This document shows positions 1 through 7,469 of a stretch of DNA of 32,000 nt, piece by piece. How positions within the stretch are numbered: the stretch's first letter is position 1; every line of letters starts with the position of its first letter. Where the stretch lies: the NCBI RefSeq assembly GCF_000019605.1, contig NC_010482.1, positions 960,001-992,000 of the forward strand, written 5' to 3'. Made by a program: the position numbers and the translations under genes. This DNA comes from Candidatus Korarchaeum cryptofilum OPF8 (GTDB taxonomy: Archaea; Korarchaeota; Korarchaeia; Korarchaeales; Korarchaeaceae). Below the pieces are notes generated by a model. It saw only the letters and a list, made by a program, of their open reading frames with translations, was not told the origin of the DNA and did not search any database.

Positions 1-1
1 T

Positions 2-1111
2 ATCTACGAGGGGGCTAGAGGCATAATACCATCTTATCTAGCTTATTTGGGGGCCTCAGCTTTCTTAGTCGGTTTGATCTCAGGAGTAACGGAGTTCATA
101 GGGATCTCATTCAGGTTCATAAGCGGATTCCTAGTAGATCTGAGCAAATCCTATTGGACCTTTTACATCCTAGGATATGCTCTCATAGTATCGATACCCC
201 TGCTGGGGCTCTCAAATTCCCTTCAGATAGCGGTAATACTGATACTGATCGAGAGGATAGCTAAGGGGATAAGGGCTCCAGCTAGGGACTCCCTCATCTC
301 ATTCGTCTCGAGGGGGATGGGACCTGGAAAAGCCTTCGGTATTCACGAAGCCCTAGATCAGATAGGGGCAGTAACTGGGCCCTTGATAATGGGGCTCATC
401 CTCCTATATTCTAACAATTACTCTTTGGCTTTCCTGAGCTCCTTGATACCTTATCTCTTCCTCATTACCTCGGTCCTCTACATCTATAGGAGATACTCTT
501 GGGCATCCCCGTCAGAGGGAGGCGGGGGTAAGCTCTCCCTGAAATACGAGAGGAGTTTTTGGATGTATAACATCGCGGTCTTCCTGAATATGATTTCATT
601 GATCCATGTCTCACTAATAGTCCTCTCTTCCAGCTTAACCTTTAATCCGGGAATGGCTGCGCTCCTCTATATGCTGATACAGTTGGTCGACACGGCATCA
701 GCACTAGTCGCGGGTTTCATGTTTGATAGATATGGGAGGGCCTTCCTTTACATTCCGTTCGCACTCTCTATAGCCCCATCATGCTTAACTCTCCTCGGAG
801 GAGGTTCCAATATAGTGTTAGCAGCGATAACATTCGGGATAATCCTGGGGATGCAGGAATCCATATACAGGGCTGCTATCAGCACTCTAGTGCCTGAAAA
901 TCAGAGAGGAAGTGCTTATGGAATTTTCAATGCGGTATACGGAGTGGGAAATCTCATTAGCGCTCCGATCTTCGGTTACCTCATCCAGAGTAAGATGATT
1001 AGTTTGGGAATCTATTACACAATAATAGGCCAATTGCTCGCAATCATAGCCCTCTTCTTATCCTTAAGGAGAAAAGAGAGGTCTTCAGGGCCTCAAAATG
1101 AACTTAGCTAG
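2..1111 (+). CDS. MFS-type transporter, 5'-partial (frame open to window edge)
   Basis: Frame 2 has no stop from base 2 (IYEGARGIIPSYLAY precedes the TTG at 47 used by the ORF track). The product is almost all hydrophobic helices. It has an MFS motif-A-like loop, GFMFDRYGRA, and a basic loop, ERIAKGIRAPARD. The N-terminal helices probably lie upstream of the window. Confidence 0.75.
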   Translation: MYEGARGIIPSYLAYLGASAFLVGLISGVTEFIGISFRFISGFLVDLSKSYWTFYILGYALIVSIPLLGLSNSLQIAVILILIERIAKGIRAPARDSLISFVSRGMGPGKAFGIHEALDQIGAVTGPLIMGLILLYSNNYSLAFLSSLIPYLFLITSVLYIYRRYSWASPSEGGGGKLSLKYERSFWMYNIAVFLNMISLIHVSLIVLSSSLTFNPGMAALLYMLIQLVDTASALVAGFMFDRYGRAFLYIPFALSIAPSCLTLLGGGSNIVLAAITFGIILGMQESIYRAAISTLVPENQRGSAYGIFNAVYGVGNLISAPIFGYLIQSKMISLGIYYTIIGQLLAIIALFLSLRRKERSSGPQNELS

Positions 1112-1258
1112 CTTGGAGAGGTGGGATATAAGGTAGAGCGTGGCCAGGTTGACGGAGGCTGCTATCACGTAGGCCCCTCCAGCTATACCTAGGGCCAGCA
1201 GGGCGACCCCTAGATTATATATTATGGCATTCGCGACCATGACCACGCTTATCCTCAT
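1085..1258 (-). CDS. Possible small (57 aa) two-helix membrane protein, below the ORF-track cutoff
   Basis: My manual translation gives MRISVVMVANAIIYNLGVALLALGIAGGAYVIAASVNLATLYLISHLSKLAKFILRP, from ATG at 1256-1258 to TGA at 1085-1087. A TATA-like 'catatatatg' lies about 30 nt upstream on the minus strand (about 1285-1295), consistent with a leaderless mRNA. The ORF overlaps the MFS 3' end by 27 nt. Confidence 0.3.
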   Translation of the reverse strand: MRISVVMVANAIIYNLGVALLALGIAGGAYVIAASVNLATLYLISHLSKLAKFILRP

Positions 1259-1560
1259 ATGCACCGATAATACTACCGTCAGTCCATATATATGTCAAAC
1301 TGCTGAGATCGTTTCATAACGTTTCAAAAGCTCCAATACTGATTTAGAGTGGGAGATGAGTCATCATCAAGTGAATAACTAGTTTGAGGGGAATTATATA
1401 TGGGATTGATGCATTAGATCATATCCTATTTCAGGAAGTCGGTAGTTTCAGAAGACTGGCTTCAGGATCCTCGTATAGCGAGCAGAGATCTCGGTTTAGA
1501 CCCTACTGAATCTGGCCGTGCTCTTCAGATAATAAGTTGTATTATTAACTGGACTTTCTT

Positions 1561-1590
1561 CTATAAAAAATTTAAAAAAATTTGATTTTT
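1561..1590. repeat. Phased A-tracts with about 10 bp period (ctataaaaaa/tttaaaaaaa/tttgattttt)
   Basis: Read directly from the sequence. I count 2 G/C in 30 nt, and the A6-7 runs recur every 10-11 nt. Confidence 0.6.
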
Positions 1591-1700
1591 GATGAGCATC
1601 TGAATAGCACGAACCATTCCCTCTAAGGAGTATATGGGGTGTCGAGAGGTTAAAATTTACATATTAATGAATGTGTTCAAATATTTTTATGAAGCTAGAT

Positions 1701-1730
1701 ATTTATAAAAATTTATAATAATTTATTTTG
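1701..1730. repeat. Three tandem 10-bp units: ATTTATAAAA / ATTTATAATA / ATTTATTTTG
   Basis: Read directly from the sequence. The units sit inside a 60-nt line (1681-1740) where I count only 7 G/C. Confidence 0.65.
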
Positions 1731-1973
1731 TGATTAATCTATATTATTTTTCATTATTGCCAATATAAGGAAATAAATTTAATAGAATTTGAGAGATCCG
1801 AATCCCACAGCAATCGATAGATCCTAGGTCAACTCTCCTGATCTTTTCGCCGAATTTCCCGTTATTTAATAATAAAAATGCCATTCATGGAGAAATTCCT
1901 CATGCATTTCTATGAAAAATTCGCTATTTTTTCGTAGGTTTGTTGCAGCCTGGCCAGCTCCCCCCATAGTAAA

Positions 1974-1985
1974 CTATTTAATTTT
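1974..1985 (+). promoter_or_regulatory. TATA-like box (ctatttaatttt) for the malic enzyme gene
   Basis: The box is centred about 25 nt upstream of ATG 2002, which fits archaeal leaderless spacing. Confidence 0.35.
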
Positions 1986-2001
1986 CCATATGGTTAAAAG
2001 T

Positions 2002-3396
2002 ATGGCGATCATTATGGTCGAGCGTAAGCCCACTGTTGAGGAGCTCCTCAAGAAGGCCGAGAGGCCATCCAAACTGGCCGTCCCCTATCATCAGTTTTAT
2101 GAGGGGAAGGTCCAGGTGATGCCGAAATGCGCTATAAGGACCTTAGATGACTTCTCCATCTGGTACACTCCTGGAGTTGCAGCTGCTTGCAAGGAGATAA
2201 AAGCCGATCCAGATAAGTCTTTCTTCCTCACGAATAGGTGGAATTATGTAGCAGTAGTGAGCGATGGGACTAGGGTCTTAGGGCTCGGTAATATAGGGCC
2301 TGAGGCAGGCTTGCCTGTCATGGAGGGGAAGGCTCTCCTCTTCAAATACCTCGGCGGGGTTGATGCTTTTCCCCTAGTGGTTAGAGCTCATGATCCGGAT
2401 GATATGATAAAGCTCCTGGAGTGGGTGGAGCCCAACTTCGGAGGAGTGAATCTCGAGGATATAGAGAAGCCGAAGTGCTATTACGTCCTGGAGGAAGCGA
2501 GGAAGAGGCTCCAGATACCGGTATGGCATGATGATCAGCAGGGAACTGCTACTGTAACATATGCCGGGCTGGTCAATGCCTTTAAGCTCGTTGGGAAGAA
2601 GATGAAGGACTCTAAGATAGTCCTGTATGGAGCTGGCGCCGCTAACGTGAGGACTGCTATCGTCCTCATAACTGCAGGAGTGCCCCCCGGGAACATAGTG
2701 ATGATAGATACAGTTGGTCCCCTCTACAGGGACAGGCCCGATATCGAGGAAATGAAGAAGGAGGATAGATGGAAGTACGATCTAGCGATGAAGACCAACA
2801 AAGAGAACAATAAGACGATAGAGGAAGCTTTTAAGGGAGCTGATGCTGTAGTAGGGGCTAGCAAACCAGGGCCCGGTGTTATAAAGCAGGAATGGATAAA
2901 GCTGATGAACAAGGATCCAATAGTATTCGCATGCGCAAATCCGATACCGGAGATATGGCCATGGGAAGCTAAGGAGGCGGGAGCGAAGATAGTGGCAACT
3001 GGAAGGAGCGACTTCCCCAACCAGGTGAACAACAGTCTCGCTTTCCCGGCTATCTTCAGGGGAGTTCTGGATGTTAGAGCCAAGACTGTGACTGATGAGA
3101 TGTGCATAGCCGCTGGAGATGCTCTAGCTAAGTTCGCGGAGGAGAAAGGATTGCGTGAGGATTACATACTCCCGACTATGGATGATTGGGAGGTCTATCC
3201 CATCGAAGCTGTGGCTGCAGCTGAACAATCGATTAAGCAGGGAGTCGCCAGGAGGATACTCAGCAGGGAGGAGCTCTATGAGAGGGCTGTCAACATAATA
3301 AGGAACGCTAGGGAGTCAGCGAGATTCTTGATGGAGAAGGGCCTCATATCCTCACCTCCGCCTGAGGAAGATGTCCTGAGGAGCTACGGTCCTTAA
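2002..3396 (+). CDS. NAD(P)-dependent malic enzyme (oxaloacetate-decarboxylating malate dehydrogenase)
   Basis: Malic-enzyme motifs are present: YTPGVA, VVSDGTRVLGLGNIG, MEGKALLFKYLGGVDAFPL, NLEDIEKPKCY, WHDDQQGTATV, GAGAA, ANPIPE. The ORF-track start at 1912 adds a non-conserved hydrophobic extension. ATG 2002 (or 2014, MVERKPT...) fits the TATA at 1974-1985. Confidence 0.9.
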   Translation: MAIIMVERKPTVEELLKKAERPSKLAVPYHQFYEGKVQVMPKCAIRTLDDFSIWYTPGVAAACKEIKADPDKSFFLTNRWNYVAVVSDGTRVLGLGNIGPEAGLPVMEGKALLFKYLGGVDAFPLVVRAHDPDDMIKLLEWVEPNFGGVNLEDIEKPKCYYVLEEARKRLQIPVWHDDQQGTATVTYAGLVNAFKLVGKKMKDSKIVLYGAGAANVRTAIVLITAGVPPGNIVMIDTVGPLYRDRPDIEEMKKEDRWKYDLAMKTNKENNKTIEEAFKGADAVVGASKPGPGVIKQEWIKLMNKDPIVFACANPIPEIWPWEAKEAGAKIVATGRSDFPNQVNNSLAFPAIFRGVLDVRAKTVTDEMCIAAGDALAKFAEEKGLREDYILPTMDDWEVYPIEAVAAAEQSIKQGVARRILSREELYERAVNIIRNARESARFLMEKGLISSPPPEEDVLRSYGP

Positions 3397-3408
3397 AATC
3401 ACTATAAC

Positions 3409-3419
3409 TTTTTTATTAT
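3409..3419 (+). promoter_or_regulatory. T6 run plus 'ttattat': likely terminator of malic enzyme and/or TATA box for the 3439 gene
   Basis: The element lies 13 nt after the TAA at 3394-3396 and 20-30 nt upstream of ATG 3439. Confidence 0.3.
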
Positions 3420-3438
3420 CGAGGTCCCTTACTCCTTC

Positions 3439-5031
3439 ATGAGCTCATCCTCCCTCGAAGTTATATGCTCATTTCTCCTGTTCCTCCTGACGCTGCAAGT
3501 TGCTTTAATAAACGCGGTGAATGAGAGGGCTCTCATAATATCAAATGAGAACGATCTAGCATCGGCTAAATTGATCTCGGATTGGCTCAGGAGCAGGGGT
3601 ATAGGGGTAGAGATATCCGATGAACTCAAGGAGGGCTACAATTATTACTTCATTCTGGGGGGACCGAAGGCCGATAGGATAGGAGCTATAGCTAGCAAAT
3701 TCCTAACTTATGATGATAAAATTGCGCTCCTCAATTCAAGGGACTTCTGGACTTTCAGCATAACCACTAAAGGAGGGATCGTGGTCAGCATAGCTGGGAG
3801 CACGAGAAACGAGACATTGAAGGGGACTAAAGCCCTAATAGATATCGGAATACTGGATTTCCTCTTCCGGGAGGAGGCATCCACGATACAATTCAAAGGC
3901 AGAGAAGAGAAGCTTTCTTACAGCTGGGAGTTCCCTCCGAATACTGGGAGGAATTACTCCATATCCATTGAAGTGCCTGAGGATCTAGTCACTTTCTTCC
4001 GCGTAAAGCCTAGGATGAAAGTTGTTGAGTTCCAAACAAGCTCCCCCCTCTTCACATGGTATCTCATGCTCACGACACCCCATGACGATCAGATAATCAA
4101 GGAACTAGCTGAAAAGCTCGATTCCATAGCTGAGAGGGAGGGAATGAGGGGATACGATAGGGTCTGGTTCGTAGCCTCCTTCGTCCAGAGCTTGAAGTAC
4201 TCCCAAGCTAATGAGTACTCACCCACCGGAGATTATCCCAGTTACCCGTTGGAGACCTTGGAGAGGGGGAATGGTGATTGCGAGGACCTTTCGATACTCC
4301 TCGCATCCCTCCTGAGGCATGAAGGTTTCGATTCCATATTACTGATAATGCCCACTCATGCAGCGGTGGCAGTCTCGCTTCCAAAGGAATGGGTCAAGCT
4401 CCCGAGGGTGAGAGCTGATGTCAGGAGAGCTGGTGATATCAATGTCGCCCTAGTTGATCTGATGGATCTATACGAGAAGATCAGGGATAAGGAGTGGCCG
4501 GTAGCATTGGAGATCGAATTCGATAATAAGAGCTACTTTTACGTTGAGACCACCGGCTTCTTCAAGCCTGGAGAACTCCCGAACCTCCTCCAGCTAGCTG
4601 AAGCGATTGGATGGCCCTACAGGGATTTCCCTATATTCCTAGTGAGTGAGAAGAATTCCCCGATCCCACTCATCTATGACTACTTGACGGTATCTAGGAA
4701 GACTAGCTCCGGTTACTCGATCTCCTTGATCATAAAGCTGAGGAACTTGGGTGAGAAGCGTGCTGATAACTTGAGGCTAGACTCCCAGCTCTATCCGTTG
4801 GGCGTCGAGGCCGGAGGAGTCGATGCCAATCTTAGGAGGCTGGACCCATTCGAATACCGATTTGAGGTCAAGCTGAATGATTCCATCATCGCAGAGCCCA
4901 TAGATCCTAATGGCACCGCAGTATATTCAGTGAAATTCTTCACGGTATCCCCTACAGTCGGCGCCAGAGTGTCGCTTTATCTCGGGAGCTCCGAGGTGGA
5001 TTTCCTGAGGATAAGGCCCTTCAGACCTTAG
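3439..5031 (+). CDS. Secreted/anchored transglutaminase-like (papain-fold Cys-His-acid) protein with an N-terminal alpha/beta domain
   Basis: The N-terminus has a hydrophobic signal or anchor (ICSFLLFLLTLQVALINA). A transglutaminase-core-like pattern is present: GNGDCEDLSILLASLLRHEGF ... MPTHAAVAV ... YFYVETTG. Confidence 0.55.
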   Translation: MSSSSLEVICSFLLFLLTLQVALINAVNERALIISNENDLASAKLISDWLRSRGIGVEISDELKEGYNYYFILGGPKADRIGAIASKFLTYDDKIALLNSRDFWTFSITTKGGIVVSIAGSTRNETLKGTKALIDIGILDFLFREEASTIQFKGREEKLSYSWEFPPNTGRNYSISIEVPEDLVTFFRVKPRMKVVEFQTSSPLFTWYLMLTTPHDDQIIKELAEKLDSIAEREGMRGYDRVWFVASFVQSLKYSQANEYSPTGDYPSYPLETLERGNGDCEDLSILLASLLRHEGFDSILLIMPTHAAVAVSLPKEWVKLPRVRADVRRAGDINVALVDLMDLYEKIRDKEWPVALEIEFDNKSYFYVETTGFFKPGELPNLLQLAEAIGWPYRDFPIFLVSEKNSPIPLIYDYLTVSRKTSSGYSISLIIKLRNLGEKRADNLRLDSQLYPLGVEAGGVDANLRRLDPFEYRFEVKLNDSIIAEPIDPNGTAVYSVKFFTVSPTVGARVSLYLGSSEVDFLRIRPFRP

Positions 5032-5040
5032 GGTGAGCTC

Positions 5041-6126
5041 ATGGGAGGGGATATCTTCGGGAGGGAGCTCAGGCTAATATCCTTCGGTGAGAGCCACGGT
5101 CCCGTAGTGGGAGCCATAGTTGAAGGCGCTCCTGCTGGGCTTCCTTTAAGTGAGGAAGATGTTCAGAGGATACTGGACTTAAGGAGGCCAGGTCAGTCTG
5201 AGCTAGTGAGTCAGAGGGCTGAGAGGGATAGAGTTGAGATATTGAGCGGTGTCTTCAATGGCTTCACCACCGGAGCGCCTATCTCCATGATAGTCAGGAA
5301 CGAGGATATCGATTCATCATACTACGAGGAGATCAGCAGGTTCCCGAGGCCCGGGCACGCTGATTACGTCGCTAGATTGAAGTACTCCGGTTACAACGAT
5401 TTCAGGGGAGGGGGCCGTTTCTCGGGCAGATTGACAGTATCGATGTGCATGGCTGGAGCTGTAGCTATGAAGATCCTTGAGAAGCTGGGGATAGAGGTGA
5501 TGGCCTACTCCCTCGAGATAGGGGGTGAGAGAGCCGAGGGCTTCACTTTAGATGATGCGAGGAATTATAGATATATGAACCCGGTGAGGGCCCCCAATGA
5601 GGAGAGCTACTTGAGGATGGCGGCAGCTATAGAGAGGGCTAGGAGGGAAGGGGATAGCTTAGGCGGTATCGTAGAAGCTATAGCTTTGAACGTCCCTCCG
5701 GGTCTGGGAGAGCCTATTTTCGACACGATAGAGGGAGATATAGCTAAGGCTATGTTCTCGATACCGGCTGTCAAGGGGGTGGAGTTCGGATCCGGCTTCA
5801 GAGCGGCCAGGATGAGGGGATCTGAGCACAACGATCCCATCAGAGTGATAGATGGGAAGATAAGGTATAAGAAGAACGATCATGGTGGAGCGATAGGAGG
5901 TATCACGACCGGGGAGCCTATAATCCTGAGGGTGGCTTTCAAACCGACTCCATCGATAGCTAAGCCTCAGGAAACTGTTGACCTGGAACTGCTGAGGAAT
6001 GTGGAGATAAAGGTTAAAGGTAGGCATGATCCATGCGTAGTCCCTAGGGCTGTCGTAGTGGTCGAGAGCATGCTCGCGTTCACGATAGCCGATCACATAA
6101 TGAGGAGCATGAGGGGGGCTATCTGA
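5041..6126 (+). CDS. aroC: Chorismate synthase
   Basis: Signature motifs are present: FGESHG, RRPGQSE, RPGHADY, GGGRFSGR, GGISNG-like GGITTGEP, KGRHDPCV. A GGTGA SD lies upstream of the ATG. Confidence 0.95.
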   Translation: MGGDIFGRELRLISFGESHGPVVGAIVEGAPAGLPLSEEDVQRILDLRRPGQSELVSQRAERDRVEILSGVFNGFTTGAPISMIVRNEDIDSSYYEEISRFPRPGHADYVARLKYSGYNDFRGGGRFSGRLTVSMCMAGAVAMKILEKLGIEVMAYSLEIGGERAEGFTLDDARNYRYMNPVRAPNEESYLRMAAAIERARREGDSLGGIVEAIALNVPPGLGEPIFDTIEGDIAKAMFSIPAVKGVEFGSGFRAARMRGSEHNDPIRVIDGKIRYKKNDHGGAIGGITTGEPIILRVAFKPTPSIAKPQETVDLELLRNVEIKVKGRHDPCVVPRAVVVVESMLAFTIADHIMRSMRGAI

Positions 6127-7469
6127 TGGAGGAACTCAGGGAGAGGATCAAGGAAGTGACCCTCAGATTGGTGGATCTCTACTCTGAGAGGCTGAAGTTG
6201 GTTGAGGAGATAGGGAGGCTCAAGAGGGAGAGCGGGATTCAGATAAGGGATCCTGATGTGGAGGAAAGCTTATGGAAGGCTGCGAGGGAGAGATGCAGCG
6301 AGAGAGGGATAGATGAATGGAATTGCAGGAGACTATTCGACTTCCTCATAGCGGCTTCCATAAGGGCTCAGATACCGGAGGGGGGAGATGCTGGGCCTCA
6401 CCTGGAGGTCTTCAGGAGAGCTAAGCAATTGGAGAGGAAAGGGGTCAAGATATATCACCTCGAAGTCGGTGAGCCGCCCTGGTCCTTCCCTCCCTTCCTT
6501 CTAGATGAGATGATTAAATCGATAAGGGAGGGGAAGACAAGATATGGAACGTCATTCGGCTCAGATAAATTCAGGAGAGCAGCTAGCGAATGGATAAAGA
6601 GGAGGGATAAGATAGAGAGCGGGCCCGAGAATATAATCGTAACCCCCGGATCTAAGTTCGCGATATACTCCATCCTAGCCTCTCTGCTGAGACCGGGGGA
6701 TAGGATAGGGGTTATGATACCCGCTTGGCCCGCTTACAAGGGGATGGCCTCTAACCTGGGCTTGGAGTTCATCGAGATAAGCTCCCTCGATGAGCTGCAG
6801 AAGATCAAGGGGATAAGGGCTTTCATAGTCTGCTCACCGAACAACCCGGATGGGAAAGTTTGGAGCAGGAAGGAGCTTGATGAACTCGCAGATTATTTGA
6901 ATGAGAATGATTCTATACTTATAAGTGATGATGCATACTCTGAGATATCGTTCGTCGATAGGGTATCCCCAGCGAAGGTCTACGATATGACTATAAGCGT
7001 GAACACGCTCTCCAAGGCTTTCGGGATGACTGGATTCAGGATAGGATACATACACGCGAAGGAGGAGATAATATCGAAGCTCTCTAAGTACTTGAGCCTG
7101 ACTATAAGCAATGTCCCGGAGTTCATACAGGATGCATCTGCTTCAGTCTTAGAGAGGGGGGAGAGCTGGGTGAGTGAGGTCAGGGGCTCGCTGAGGTCTT
7201 ATTTGGATAGAGCAGTTAGCGAGCTCTCGGAAGCTCCCATAAGCTACAAGGAGCCTGAGGGAGGTCTCTATATATTCCCCAAGGTTGAGATAGATGGATT
7301 CGATTCTATGGAATTCTCCATGCGTGTTCTGGAGGAGAGGGGAATAGCTCTCGCCCCCGGGTCCGGGTTCGGGCCGTTTAAGGAATGGATAAGAATAACG
7401 TTCGCGAGCGAGGGAGCTGAGGGTGGATTGAGATTGCTTAAGGAGGCCCTCTTATCTTGGAGATCCTGA
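6126..7469 (+). CDS. Fusion protein: AroQ-type chorismate mutase (about aa 1-85) plus class I/II PLP aminotransferase (about aa 95-447)
   Basis: The N-terminus aligns without gaps (offset 6) to E. coli AroQ catalytic positions R11, R28, K39, D48, E52, S84 and Q88. The C-terminal part has aminotransferase motifs: LEVGEPPW, NNPDG, SDDAYSE, and SKAFGMTGFRIGY (PLP lysine). The start overlaps the aroC stop (TGATG). Confidence 0.85.
   Translation: MEELRERIKEVTLRLVDLYSERLKLVEEIGRLKRESGIQIRDPDVEESLWKAARERCSERGIDEWNCRRLFDFLIAASIRAQIPEGGDAGPHLEVFRRAKQLERKGVKIYHLEVGEPPWSFPPFLLDEMIKSIREGKTRYGTSFGSDKFRRAASEWIKRRDKIESGPENIIVTPGSKFAIYSILASLLRPGDRIGVMIPAWPAYKGMASNLGLEFIEISSLDELQKIKGIRAFIVCSPNNPDGKVWSRKELDELADYLNENDSILISDDAYSEISFVDRVSPAKVYDMTISVNTLSKAFGMTGFRIGYIHAKEEIISKLSKYLSLTISNVPEFIQDASASVLERGESWVSEVRGSLRSYLDRAVSELSEAPISYKEPEGGLYIFPKVEIDGFDSMEFSMRVLEERGIALAPGSGFGPFKEWIRITFASEGAEGGLRLLKEALLSWRS

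Noticed and set aside
1551-1561. The minus-strand 'gaagaaagtcc' resembles the RNase P RNA CR-I motif (GAGGAAAGUCC), with 'aagagcac' nearby. On the plus strand, 'cagaagactggcttc' (about 1459-1473) resembles CR-V.
   Set aside because: The CR-I-like and CR-V-like matches are on opposite strands. The surrounding sequence is AT-rich and does not form the expected P4 pairing by eye, so this is most likely coincidence. A covariance-model scan (Rfam RNase P archaeal models) would settle it.
1589-1606. UGAUGA followed by CUGA ('tgatgagcatctga') in the AT-rich island, considered as a C/D-box sRNA.
   Set aside because: Only 4 nt separate the boxes, where a guide of about 12 nt is needed. There is no second box pair downstream.
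1912-2001. An N-terminal extension of 30 codons on the malic enzyme ORF (MKNSLFFRRFVAAWPAPPIVNYLIFHMVKS).
   Set aside because: The extension is not malic-enzyme-like and contains the probable TATA box (1974-1985). The ATG at 2002 or 2014 gives a conventional N-terminus.
2724-3107. A 127-aa ORF antisense to the malic enzyme gene. Similar long antisense or alternate-frame ORFs are at 3429-3629, 3708-3896, 5607-5840, 5659-6096, 6455-6673, 6834-7055, 7537-7776, 8753-8965, 9312-9524, 9705-9932, 10392-10640, 12245-12691, 13557-13829, 14378-14656, 15324-15816, 16051-16407, 16669-16992, 17558-17758, 17870-18338, 18950-19225, 19902-20102, 20327-20774, 20979-21261, 21850-22479, 22687-22887, 24567-24815, 25309-25921, 26695-26919, 28502-28720, 29190-29601, 30029-30316, 31081-31308 and 31355-31905.
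   Set aside because: Each lies inside or opposite a gene with strong family motifs. The products are low-complexity S/L/P/R-rich strings typical of the reverse frame of AGG/GAG/CTC-rich coding sequence. None has promoter geometry or a recognisable motif.
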